Part shown: piece after piece, positions 48,330-57,076 of the stretch | Layout: the number at the start of each line of letters is the position of its first letter | Numbering within the stretch: position 1 is the stretch's first letter | Assembly: GCA_050950285.1 (NCBI GenBank) | Contig: JBMNHG010000006.1 | Location: 293,167-357,166 of the forward strand | Source of the DNA: Kiritimatiellia bacterium | GTDB taxonomy: Bacteria; Verrucomicrobiota; Kiritimatiellia; RFP12; JBMNHG01 | Direction of reading: 5' to 3' | Length of the DNA: 64,000 nucleotides | Notes under the pieces: model-generated | What the model saw: the letters and a program-made list of their open reading frames with translations, nothing else | Database searches by the model: none | What the model was told of the DNA's origin: nothing | Program-made: the position numbers and the translations under genes

Positions 48330-49375
48330 ACTTCCGTTTCGCTTCCCCCCTCGCCTTCCTCCTGCTCATCCCCTGGGCCATCGCCGCCTGGCGCATGCTT
48401 CGCCACGGGCGCCACACGGGCGTGCTGTTCCCCGCCACCGCGCGCCTGCCGCCGCGTACCGCAGGCTGGCGCGTGCATGCCGCCCGGCTCCTCCCGCCGC
48501 TCTTCCTGGCCGGGCTTCTCCTCCTGATCGTGGCCGCCGCGCGCCCGCAAAGCTGGCTCGAACGCGAGCGCCGCAACGTGGACGCCCTCGCCATCATGAT
48601 GGCCATCGACGTCTCCGGCTCGATGGAAGCGCTCGACCTTTCGCCCGGCACCATTCTCGGAACGGACTATCAGACGCGCCTCGAAGTGGCCAAGACGATG
48701 TTCTCCCGCTTCGTCGGCCAGCGGAAGGACGACCTCATCGGGCTCGTGACCTTCGGCGGCTTCGCCTCCACGCGCTGCCCCCTCACGGCGGATCACGCCG
48801 CGCTCGCCCAAGTGCTGAAGGCCGTGGAGATCCCCTCCGCGCAAACCGACGAAACCGGCGCGCCCGTTTCGCAGGAGGAACTCCTCACCGCCATCGGCGA
48901 CGGACTGGCCACCGCCTGCGCCCGCCTGGCGGACGCGGAACCGAAGTCCAAGGTGGTCGTGCTCCTTTCCGACGGCGTCTCGAACACGGGCCTCCTCACC
49001 CCCGAGCAGGCGGGGGATATCGCCGCGAAGCTCGGCATCCGCGTCTACACCATCGGAATCGGGACCCATGGCCGCGCCCCCTTCCGGACCCGCGATATCT
49101 TCGGCCGCGAAACCATCGGCTATGCCGAGGTGAACTTCGACGAAGCCCAGTTGCAGGCGATCGCCGATGCCACCCAGGGACGCTACTTCAACGTGCGCGA
49201 CACCGAAGGCTTCCAGCAGGCCCTCGACGAAATCAACCGCCTGGAGACCACCCGCGTCGAGCGACAGGTCTTCCAGCAGTTCAACGAGCGATACGCCCCA
49301 TGGCTCATCCTTGGCGCCGTCCTCGTGCTCTTTTCCTGCCTGGCGTCCCTGTTCCTCTCGCGCCGCCCCCTCTAG
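48326..49375 (+). CDS. batA: VWA-domain protein, BatA-like
   Basis: MNFRFASPLAFLLL, AAARPQ, MIDAS motif AIDVSGSM, CPLTADH, TAIGDGL, LLSDG, YTIGIG and INRLE. Confidence 0.85.
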   Translation: MNFRFASPLAFLLLIPWAIAAWRMLRHGRHTGVLFPATARLPPRTAGWRVHAARLLPPLFLAGLLLLIVAAARPQSWLERERRNVDALAIMMAIDVSGSMEALDLSPGTILGTDYQTRLEVAKTMFSRFVGQRKDDLIGLVTFGGFASTRCPLTADHAALAQVLKAVEIPSAQTDETGAPVSQEELLTAIGDGLATACARLADAEPKSKVVVLLSDGVSNTGLLTPEQAGDIAAKLGIRVYTIGIGTHGRAPFRTRDIFGRETIGYAEVNFDEAQLQAIADATQGRYFNVRDTEGFQQALDEINRLETTRVERQVFQQFNERYAPWLILGAVLVLFSCLASLFLSRRPL

Positions 49376-49660
49376 CCGGGCCAGCCCCCTGTGTATCCTG
49401 CCGCGCAAGTTGAGAAAAACAATCAAGTAGTTGAGAAATGCTGCGGGGCGGATTCAAGATTCGTGCAACCTGCGCACGACGGCATCCGCGCCGGCTTCGG
49501 GAGCTTGCTGTTTGTGGTTGCAGTGTCGGGCGTTGGGGTGGTACGATTTCCCATGTCTGCCAACCATGGCGATGTGGACCGATTAGACGCGGTATCCGTT
49601 GACACCATGGCGCAGATTTTATTTTTTCCCCGTAGGGCCGGGGAGTGCGGTAGAAGGTTT

Positions 49661-49815
49661 TACCAACTCGGCCACAATTCATACTGCAAAACAGGGGGCA
49701 CGGGTTTTCCAACCCGTGACACGGACAGGAATGTCCATGCCCCTTCCCCAACTCCAAATTCCAGCTCCCAATGCCTGAGTCTCCGTGAGCAACGCTATTT
49801 GTGGCCGGGTTAGTA
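49661..49815. mobile_element. MITE copy 1 (~154 bp, TA-flanked, terminal inverted repeats)
   Basis: TA-CCAACTCGGCCACAAT...ATTTGTGGCCGGGTTAG-TA; nearly identical to the copies at 51578 and 51772. Confidence 0.85.
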
Positions 49816-51450
49816 AGATTCGCATTCTGCCTTGCCGAAACGCCCAGCCTTCCGCTTTCGCCGCAACCCCAGCCTCCAGCATACCGGCACCGCCAATATC
49901 ACTCCGGCTACCGCGATCAGCCCGCACCATACAGCCCTGGAACATGACATGGACGACTCAGACGCCCAGCTTTGATACGAAGACTCATACCCGATGGCAC
50001 CGGTATTGAGCGTGCCACCCCATTGTTCGATTTCCTGTGCAGACAACGGCCGGCCAAAATCCTGAGCCTGTAGATCCGCGAGACTCATGTTCACGTCGGT
50101 GCGTCTCCAGAATTTTCGTGCATCCGCCAAGGCAACCAGAAGGGACCGATCGAAACATACCGGATCATGCGGCATCCTGAGGGCATGACTCTCCAACAGA
50201 TGCAGCCGCTGCCGCGAACGACGGTAGCTGTCGCTCCGTCTGACCAGCAAGTCGTCGAGCGCAAGAAACTCGCCCGGTTTGTCCTCGCGGGCCACCGCGA
50301 CCTGGAGCGTGGCAAAAATGGCCCGCTGCTTGAGTTCGTCGGCCTCCTTGAAAATATTCTCCATGGCTTTCCAATAAATCCGGTATGGATACTGTAACCG
50401 GTCCGCGCCGACGAGAAAGCGAATCAATGCCTGCTTGGCCCCTTCGGCATCGGCCTCGACGAGGAAGAAATACAACCGGTCATCACGAAAATCATGGCTA
50501 TAGAGTCGATCCGCTGCCAAATCCAGCATGACGGATTGCGACTGATCGTCCGTGGACGTACCGACAACCGTTCCCCAGTCGCTCAGATTGACCGCTTTTA
50601 AAGCGGCCAGATTCGTATGGACATGAAACACGGCTGTAACGTCATATCCGGTTTGTTGTTCCGCGTCTTCACCGGCATGTTGTCCCATGAGCGCCAAACG
50701 CTCGTGGGATCGGCGATAGACATCGTCCCAGCCGGCAAGGACTCCGTCGACAATCTCAAAACCACCTCGCGTCTCCTCGTGGGTAGCAGCCACGATGAAA
50801 CTGGAACGAATGGCCCTCCGTTTCAGGGTGCCGGCCTCGGCATAGACCTCCCGTGCTCCCCCGTAAAGGGCCGCGCGCTGCTGCGGATCCATGCGATCAT
50901 CCTCGATGAGAAAGCGGATCAACGCCTGTTTGGTCTCATCGGGACTGGCCACGCGGATGTAGGACAAGAGCGCAGCCGTTCGGAAGCAACTTTCCTCCGA
51001 CGTGTCCGTAGCCACCTCAAGCAAAAAAGCCCTCGCGGACAGGTCGGAACAGACCCCGAGCCAGACCAGCGCCTTGTGCTGGTACCTTTCGTGCCAAGGG
51101 ACATCCCGGTTGTCGGCCGACAACCCGCGTTTCCGCTCCGCCGCTTCCCGATAGACCTTGATAAGTGCCGCACTGAGATGCTCGTCCGACAACCCCATGC
51201 GTTCCCTGAACTGACAGGCGTCGCCCCAGGTTGTCTCGTCAATCCGCGCCACGTCAGTCTCGAAAGCGAAGATGTTGATGAAATGCCTTTTCAGGACATC
51301 CACATTCAAGAGGGAGCTCCGCCAAGCATCGGCGTCACCAGAATGGCGCCACCCTTTCGCCTCCGGGGAGACTTCGTCCAGCGTGGAGCCGGGAAAGGTT
51401 GACGGGTGCACCTCCACGCCGGCATGCGCGATCGTCACCATCGCCAGCAT
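49810..51450 (-). CDS. Hypothetical helical protein with an internal duplication and a C-terminal TM anchor; MITE-flanked cargo gene
   Basis: 546-aa ORF with visibly lower GC than its neighbours; KQALIRFL...YRRS..RL occurs twice; C-terminal GLIAVAGVILAVPVCW followed by RRKRK; the TAA stop lies within the MITE end. Confidence 0.7.
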   Translation of the reverse strand: MLAMVTIAHAGVEVHPSTFPGSTLDEVSPEAKGWRHSGDADAWRSSLLNVDVLKRHFINIFAFETDVARIDETTWGDACQFRERMGLSDEHLSAALIKVYREAAERKRGLSADNRDVPWHERYQHKALVWLGVCSDLSARAFLLEVATDTSEESCFRTAALLSYIRVASPDETKQALIRFLIEDDRMDPQQRAALYGGAREVYAEAGTLKRRAIRSSFIVAATHEETRGGFEIVDGVLAGWDDVYRRSHERLALMGQHAGEDAEQQTGYDVTAVFHVHTNLAALKAVNLSDWGTVVGTSTDDQSQSVMLDLAADRLYSHDFRDDRLYFFLVEADAEGAKQALIRFLVGADRLQYPYRIYWKAMENIFKEADELKQRAIFATLQVAVAREDKPGEFLALDDLLVRRSDSYRRSRQRLHLLESHALRMPHDPVCFDRSLLVALADARKFWRRTDVNMSLADLQAQDFGRPLSAQEIEQWGGTLNTGAIGYESSYQSWASESSMSCSRAVWCGLIAVAGVILAVPVCWRLGLRRKRKAGRFGKAECESY

Positions 51451-51577
51451 AGCGGCAAGCCGTTGCTACCCCTTCAACAGACCCCTTCGGACGCCCCTCG
51501 CAAGCAATGCGTGTCCGAATCCCGGTGTGACGCTGCCATCGCTTCTCGACATTACGGTAGTATCTCCAACATGATCG

Positions 51578-51731
51578 TAGTAACTCGGCCACAATTCATA
51601 CTGCAAAACAGGGGCACGGGTTTTCCAACCCGTGACACGGACAGGAATGTCCATACCCCTTTCCCAACTCCAAATTCCAGCTCCCAATGCCTGAATCTCC
51701 TTGAGCAACGCTATTTGTGGCCGGGTTAGTA
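51578..51731. mobile_element. MITE copy 2
   Basis: TA-GTAACTCGGCCACAAT...ATTTGTGGCCGGGTTAG-TA, same orientation as copy 1. Confidence 0.85.
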
Positions 51732-51771
51732 GTAACGACGAGTATACGCTTCTTGTCTCGAAACTCAAGAC

Positions 51772-51925
51772 TACTAACTCGGCCACAATTCATACTGCAA
51801 AACAGGGGCACGGGTTTTCCAACCCGTGACACGGACAGGAATGTCCGTGCCCCTTCCCCAACTCCAAATTCCAGATCCTCATGCCTGAATCTCCGTGAGC
51901 AACGCTATTTGTGGCCGGGTTAGTA
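51772..51925. mobile_element. MITE copy 3 (tandem, 40 bp after copy 2)
   Basis: TA-CTAACTCGGCCACAAT...ATTTGTGGCCGGGTTAG-TA. Confidence 0.85.
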
Positions 51926-52173
51926 GTACGGACGGATTACATCAACACGTGTTGCCTCGCGATTCATGACGCCGGAATTGTGAGATAACGCCCCCTAACG
52001 CCCCCTCTCTGCACCGCAGCGTTGACGCGGGGCGTTGAAACGCGTACGATGCAATCGTTTCCAGGTCGGCTGCCCGGCTGTTCCGGGACACGCCCGGGCA
52101 TCGCCGCTCCCGGCATCACACGGGGTCGTGCAACCACTCGAAACGGCACGGCCCACAGGAGAAAGGCTGAAGA

Positions 52174-52518
52174 ATGAACCTCTGCTTTGTCGTCGTCAAC
52201 GACTCGGACAAATTTGAAGACCTCCTGCGCGAGTTCAACAACCGGAAGCTGTACGGCGGAACCATCTTCGACACCATGGGCATGGCCAGGGCCATGGGGC
52301 AAAACAGCGGGATCGGCCATTCCATCCGAGGCTTCCTCAACAAGGGCCGGCCCTTCAACAAGACGATCATGATGGCCGTTACGGACGAACAGCTCCAGGC
52401 GGTCAAGGAATCGTTCGAGACGGTCATCGGCGATTTGGACGGCGACAACGTGGGCATCATCGTCGCGCTTCCCCTCACGACGTTCTGGGGCGTCCGGGAC
52501 CACTCTTCGAAGGCGTAG
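52174..52518 (+). CDS. Small PII-like (GlnB-fold) protein associated with the antiporter
   Basis: 114 aa: LCFVVVN...GGTIFDTMGMAR...RPFNKTIMM...GDLDGDNVGIIVALP; immediately upstream of a cation:proton antiporter. Confidence 0.7.
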   Translation: MNLCFVVVNDSDKFEDLLREFNNRKLYGGTIFDTMGMARAMGQNSGIGHSIRGFLNKGRPFNKTIMMAVTDEQLQAVKESFETVIGDLDGDNVGIIVALPLTTFWGVRDHSSKA

Positions 52519-52526
52519 GAGGCGCT

Positions 52527-53714
52527 GTGGCTACGTTGGAAGTCCTGCAACATCTCGCGGTTGTCATTGGCGCGTCGATCCTGTTTTCAAAGATCTTCGG
52601 CAAATTCAACTTCCCCGATGTCACCGGCTATTTGATCGGCGGCATCCTCATCGGACCGATGGTGCTGAACTGGGTCCCGGCCGATGCGGTCAAAGGGCTC
52701 GAGATCATCAGCGAAGTCGCCCTTGCCATCATCGCCTTCAGCATCGGCTCCGAGATGAAGCTCTCCTCCCTCAAAAAAACCGGCAGGGGCATCATCCTGG
52801 TCACCCTGCTCGAAGCCCTCGGCGCGTTCGTGGTGGTTTTCCTGTCGCTCTGGCTCGTCTTCCGGCAGGAGTTCGCCTTTTCCCTGGTGCTCGGCAGCAT
52901 CGCCTGCGCCACCGCGCCGGCCGCCACCCTGCTCGTCATCCGGCAGTACAAGGCCAAGGGGCCCGTCGTCGACACGCTGATTCCCGTCGTCGCGCTCGAC
53001 GACGCCGTATGCATCATCGCCGTTCGGCATCTGCGCCTCGATCGCCCAGGCCATTGTCGGGGGCGGCGGCGTCAACCTGCTCTCCCTCGTGCAGCCGGTC
53101 GAGGAGATCGCGCTTCTCCATCGCGCCTCGGCGCCATCTACGGCGTCGATCGCCACGGTCCTGCTGCGGTACGTCAAGTCCGAGGGCGAGCTCACCGTCG
53201 TTCATCCTCGGCAGCCTGTTCCTGCTCACCTCGATCGCGCTGCGATTCTCGCTCTCGTCGCTGCTCGTCATGATGAGCCTCGGCTTCGCGCTGGCGAACC
53301 TCAGCCGCGCCGGCGAACGCGCGGCCACCGCGCTCGACGGCATGACCGCCCCCATCTTCATGTGCTTCTTCACGCTCTCGGGCGCGGACCTCGACTTCAA
53401 GGTCTTCGCCAGCGTCGGCTTCCTCGCGCTCGTCTACGTCGTCATGCGCGTCGTCGGCAAGGTCGCCGGGGCGACGGCGGGGGCCAAGATCGCCGACATG
53501 CCGAAGACCGTTCAAAAGTACCTCGGGCTGACCCTCGTGCCGCAGGCCGGCGTGGCGATCGGCTTGTCGCTGGCGGCATCGCGCATCCTCGCCGATTCCC
53601 ACGGGCAGCCAGATCCGCACGATCATCCTCGCCGCGACCGTCCTGTACGAGCTCCTGGGGCCGATCATCACCAAGATCGCGCTGACAAAAGCCGGCGAGA
53701 TCAAGACCTCGTAG
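52527..53714 (+). pseudogene. Cation:proton antiporter (CPA2-like), broken by six single-base insertions (likely assembly artefact)
   Basis: PDVTGYLIGGILIGP, ATAPAAT, VALDDA, APIFMCFFTLSGADL, RVVGKVAG, PQAGVAIGL and YELLGPIITK are spread over three frames. Removing six bases gives a 393-aa ORF ending at TAG 53714. Confidence 0.85.
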
Positions 53715-53775
53715 CCTGCAAGACCAGGAACGGCGCTTCCCCGGCCGGGCCGCCGTCCGGTTCGCGGTGCCCCAT

Positions 53776-53799
53776 GGAAACGCGGCGCGCCGCGTTTCC
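53776..53799. repeat. Perfect 24-bp palindrome GGAAACGCGGCGCGCCGCGTTTCC (variant of the dispersed family)
   Basis: Intergenic, downstream of the antiporter gene. Confidence 0.6.
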
Positions 53800-53966
53800 T
53801 GCCGAATACGGCGGCATGCCGCCCGAACTTGCGGCCGCAGGCCAAAACGCGTAGAATGAAACCCTGAAAAGAGAGAGCGATACGAATGACGATGCGACCG
53901 CCTTGCCGGACGCATCCCGTTGCTCCGCGAAGCCATCCAAACGGGGTTGAAGGAGTCGGGAAGCCT

Positions 53967-54509
53967 ATGGACATCATGGACATCATCGCACGGCGGACGA
54001 GCTGCCGCTCCTACAGGCCCGATCCCGTGCCCAAGGAACAACTGGACGAGCTGGTCGAGGCCGTCCGGCTGGCGCCGTCGGCCTGCAACCGCCAACCCTG
54101 GCGGCTGGCGGTCGTGCAGGATGCCGGACTGCGGGAACGCATCGTGAAGGAAGGCTTCCTGCCCGGCATTTCGATGTCGTGGGCGAAGGTGGCGCCGGTG
54201 CTGGTCGTGCTGGGCATGCAGCGGTCGCTGGTCGCCCATCGCCTGGGGGCTTCGCTCTCGGGGGTGGACTATCCCTGGCTGGATCTGGGGATCGCGGGCG
54301 AGCACCTTGTGCTGGCCGCAACCGGACGAGGGCTGGGCACCTGCTGGATCGGCTGGATCAAGCCGCCCGCCATCGCCCGGATCGTCGGCTGGCCCAAGAC
54401 CCTCGCGCCCGCCGCCGTGATCGCCGTCGGCTATCCCGCGAACCCCATGCCGGATACCGGCGCTGCCCCCAACCGGAAATCCGCCGAGGAGATCGCGACG
54501 TGGATGTAA
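53967..54509 (+). CDS. Nitroreductase family protein
   Basis: IARRTSCRSY, LAPSACNRQPWR, DLGIAGEHLVLAA..GLGTCWIG, IAVGYP and RKSAEEI motifs. Confidence 0.93.
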   Translation: MDIMDIIARRTSCRSYRPDPVPKEQLDELVEAVRLAPSACNRQPWRLAVVQDAGLRERIVKEGFLPGISMSWAKVAPVLVVLGMQRSLVAHRLGASLSGVDYPWLDLGIAGEHLVLAATGRGLGTCWIGWIKPPAIARIVGWPKTLAPAAVIAVGYPANPMPDTGAAPNRKSAEEIATWM

Positions 54510-54571
54510 CGGCCGAGAGCCGCCTTTTCTCCCCGTCATGGTTTCAACGGCCACCCCGCGTGTGAATGGCA

Positions 54572-54600
54572 TTGATTGCGGGGGCGTATTCCCCTATACT
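54572..54600 (+). promoter_or_regulatory. Putative sigma70 promoter of the Gfo/Idh/MocA gene
   Basis: TTGATT, 17-nt spacer, TATACT. Confidence 0.5.
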
Positions 54601-54683
54601 TTCGTGGTTCATAAACCCCGGGTTCGCCTCGCAGGCACGCCCTCCCCTTTCATCCCCACAACCACGCAACACACAAGGTTTTC

Positions 54684-55736
54684 ATGAGCAAGCATCGTCT
54701 GGTCATCGTCGGCTTCGGCGGCATGGGCAACTGGCACCGTGAAACGGCTTCCAAAATCGACTGCATCGAGATGTACGGCGCGTACGACATCAAGCCGGAG
54801 CGCCTGCAACTCGCCCGCGAAAAGGGCCTTCACGCCTATGCGAGCTTCGAGGAGGTCCTCGCCGACCCCACCGTCGAGATCGTCACCTGCGCCACGCCGA
54901 ACGACAGCCACCGCGACATCGCGATCCGCGCCCTCGAGGCCGGCAAGAACGTGGTCTGCGAAAAGCCCGTCGCGCTTTCCTCGAAGGAATACGCCGACAT
55001 GGCCGACGCCGCCGAACGCACCGGCAAACTGCTCATGGTGCATCAGAACCGGCGCTGGGACGAAGACTTCCTCACCGTGAAGAAGATGTTCGAAGAACAG
55101 ACCCTCGGCGAGATCTTCCGCATCGAGTCCCGCGTGCACGGCTCGCGCGGCATCCCCGGCGACTGGCGCCAGGAGCCGGAGCATGGCGGCGGCATGATCC
55201 TCGACTGGGGCGTGCACCTGCTCGACCAGGCCCTGCAGATGGTGCCCGGCAAACTGGAGAGGGTCTTCGCGCGGGTCACCCACGTGACCAACGAGCTGGT
55301 GGACGACGGCTTCTACGCCACCCTCCTCTTCGAGAACGGCGTCACCTTCGCCGTCGAGGTCGGCACCAGCAATTTCATCTCCCTCCCGCGCTGGTACGTG
55401 CTGGGCCGCGACGGCTCCGCCGTGGTCGAATGGAGCGAAGCCGCCAGCCGCACCGTCCGCGTGACGGACTGGAGCAAGAACGACGCCGTGCCGATCCGCA
55501 CCGCCGCCGGGCTCACCAAGACCATGGCCCCGCGCACGGACGACACCATCCGGGAGGAGCCCGTGACCTTCGTGAAGGCCGACATCCACGACTTCTACCG
55601 CAACGTGGCGGCGGTGATCGAAGGCCGCGCCAAGCCGCTGATCAAGGCGGACGAGGTGATGCGCGTCTTCAAGCTGATGGAAGCCATCCGCGGATCCGCG
55701 GAATCCGGCCGCGTCATCGACTTCGAAACGGCGTGA
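54684..55736 (+). CDS. Gfo/Idh/MocA family oxidoreductase
   Basis: IVGFGGMG, ATPNDSH, AGKNVVCEKP, VHQNRRWD and GGGMILDWGVHLLDQ motifs. Confidence 0.93.
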   Translation: MSKHRLVIVGFGGMGNWHRETASKIDCIEMYGAYDIKPERLQLAREKGLHAYASFEEVLADPTVEIVTCATPNDSHRDIAIRALEAGKNVVCEKPVALSSKEYADMADAAERTGKLLMVHQNRRWDEDFLTVKKMFEEQTLGEIFRIESRVHGSRGIPGDWRQEPEHGGGMILDWGVHLLDQALQMVPGKLERVFARVTHVTNELVDDGFYATLLFENGVTFAVEVGTSNFISLPRWYVLGRDGSAVVEWSEAASRTVRVTDWSKNDAVPIRTAAGLTKTMAPRTDDTIREEPVTFVKADIHDFYRNVAAVIEGRAKPLIKADEVMRVFKLMEAIRGSAESGRVIDFETA

Positions 55737-55800
55737 CCCCCGACAGGCCCGAAGCCCTTTCCGGACCGGTTGCGGCCGTTTCTCGACAAGGCTCCCACCC

Positions 55801-56988
55801 ATGAACCCCCTGAACTCCTCCGTCCTTTCCATCGCGCCTTCCGCCACGCTCGCCATCTCCAGCAGGGCGAAGCAGATGTCCGCGCAAGGCATCCGCGTGG
55901 CCAACTTCTCGGCAGGCGAGCCGGACTTCGATACGCCCGCGTTTATCTGCCGGGCGGCCATCGAGGCGTTGAACGGCGGCAAGACGCGATACACCCCCGC
56001 CGCCGGCGTCCTCGCCCTCCGCGAGGCGATCTCCGAAAAGCTCCGGCGCGAGAACGGCCTCGAGTACGACCCCTCGTGCATCGTGGTGAGCTGCGGCGCG
56101 AAGCACTCCCTCGCACTGGCCTTCCAGACGCTTCTGAACCCAGGCGACGAAGTCCTCGTCCCCTCCCCCTTCTGGCTCAGCTACCCCGAGATGGTGAAGG
56201 TGGCCGGCGGCAAGGCCGTCTTCGTGCCCGGCTCCCCCGAAAACAACCTCAAGATCACCCCCGCCGACATCGAGCGCGCCGCCACGCCGCGAAGCGTCGC
56301 CATCGTGCTGAACAGCCCGTCCAACCCGAGCGGCATCGTCTACACCCGCGACGAACTCGCCGGTCTCGCGACCACCGCCATCCGGCATGGCATGACGATC
56401 GTCTCCGACGAAATCTACGAAAAGATGGTCTACGACGGCTGCACCGCCACGAGCGTGGCGTCGATCTCCCCGGAGATCGCGGAACGCACCATCACCGTGA
56501 ACGGCTTCAGCAAGGCCTACGCGATGACCGGGTGGAGGCTGGGGTATGCCGCAGGACCGGCCCCGTTCGCCACTGCGATGGGCGCGTTGCAGAGCCATTG
56601 CGCCTCCGCGCCGAACACCTTTGCGCAGCATGCCGCGATCGTCGCGCTCCGCGACGGCGCGGAATCCATCCGCGAGATGGTTGCCGCCCTGGACCGGCGC
56701 CGGCAGCGCCTCTACGAGCTCCTGTGCGCGATTCCCGGCGTGACGTGCGTGCGGCCCAAAGGCGCCTTCTACGCGCTGCCGGACATCTCGTCGTTCGGAC
56801 TGGGCTCCGTCGACTTCGCGAGCCGCCTGCTGGAGGAGAAGCACGTGGCGGTGGTGCCGGGCGTCGCCTTCGGCGTGGACGACCGCATACGCCTCAGCTA
56901 TGCATGCGGCATCGAGGAGATCGAGCGCGGCACGGAACTCCTCGCCGAGTTCTGCGCCAGCCTGCGCCAGAGCGCCCCTTCCCCGTAA
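55801..56988 (+). CDS. aspC: PLP-dependent class I aminotransferase (aspartate aminotransferase-like)
   Basis: AGEPDFDTP, NSPSNPSG, SDEIYE, NGFSKAYAMTGWRLGY, GAFY and IRLSYA motifs. Confidence 0.9.
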   Translation: MNPLNSSVLSIAPSATLAISSRAKQMSAQGIRVANFSAGEPDFDTPAFICRAAIEALNGGKTRYTPAAGVLALREAISEKLRRENGLEYDPSCIVVSCGAKHSLALAFQTLLNPGDEVLVPSPFWLSYPEMVKVAGGKAVFVPGSPENNLKITPADIERAATPRSVAIVLNSPSNPSGIVYTRDELAGLATTAIRHGMTIVSDEIYEKMVYDGCTATSVASISPEIAERTITVNGFSKAYAMTGWRLGYAAGPAPFATAMGALQSHCASAPNTFAQHAAIVALRDGAESIREMVAALDRRRQRLYELLCAIPGVTCVRPKGAFYALPDISSFGLGSVDFASRLLEEKHVAVVPGVAFGVDDRIRLSYACGIEEIERGTELLAEFCASLRQSAPSP

Positions 56989-56994
56989 GATTCC

Positions 56995-57076
56995 GGGCGA
57001 GTGGTGGAATCGGCAGACACGCAGGATTTAGGTTCCTGTTCCGAAAGGATTGCGGGTTCGACCCCCGCCTCGCCCA
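56995..57076 (+). tRNA. tRNA-Leu (anticodon TAG)
   Basis: Acceptor stem GGGCGAG/CTCGCCC plus discriminator A; D-arm GTGGAATCGGCAGACAC; anticodon arm CAGGA-TTTAGGT-TCCTG; long variable arm TCC-GAAA-GGA; T-arm GCGGG-TTCGACC-CCCGC; CCA not encoded. Confidence 0.95.

Noticed and set aside
49305..51923. Small ORFs translated through the MITE copies (e.g. 49391..49813, 51406..51729, 51717..51923)
   Set aside because: Their shared peptide text comes from the non-coding repeat; there is no RBS or domain support.
51578..51925. Repeat-40-bp spacer-repeat pattern as a CRISPR array
   Set aside because: The repeats are ~154 bp with TIRs and TA flanks, there is only one short spacer, and no cas genes are present.
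49661..51925. The repeats as integron attC sites (…CTAAC…GTTAG… ends, stop codon inside the end)
   Set aside because: The ends pair almost continuously, with no unpaired central spacer or L-box extrahelical pattern; the interior is not a single palindrome; TA flanks fit an IS630-like MITE; and no intI is present. Not fully excluded without an attC covariance-model search.
56995..57076. tRNA-Leu as the attachment site of an integrated island
   Set aside because: No integrase is nearby and no duplicate of the tRNA 3' end was seen in the window.
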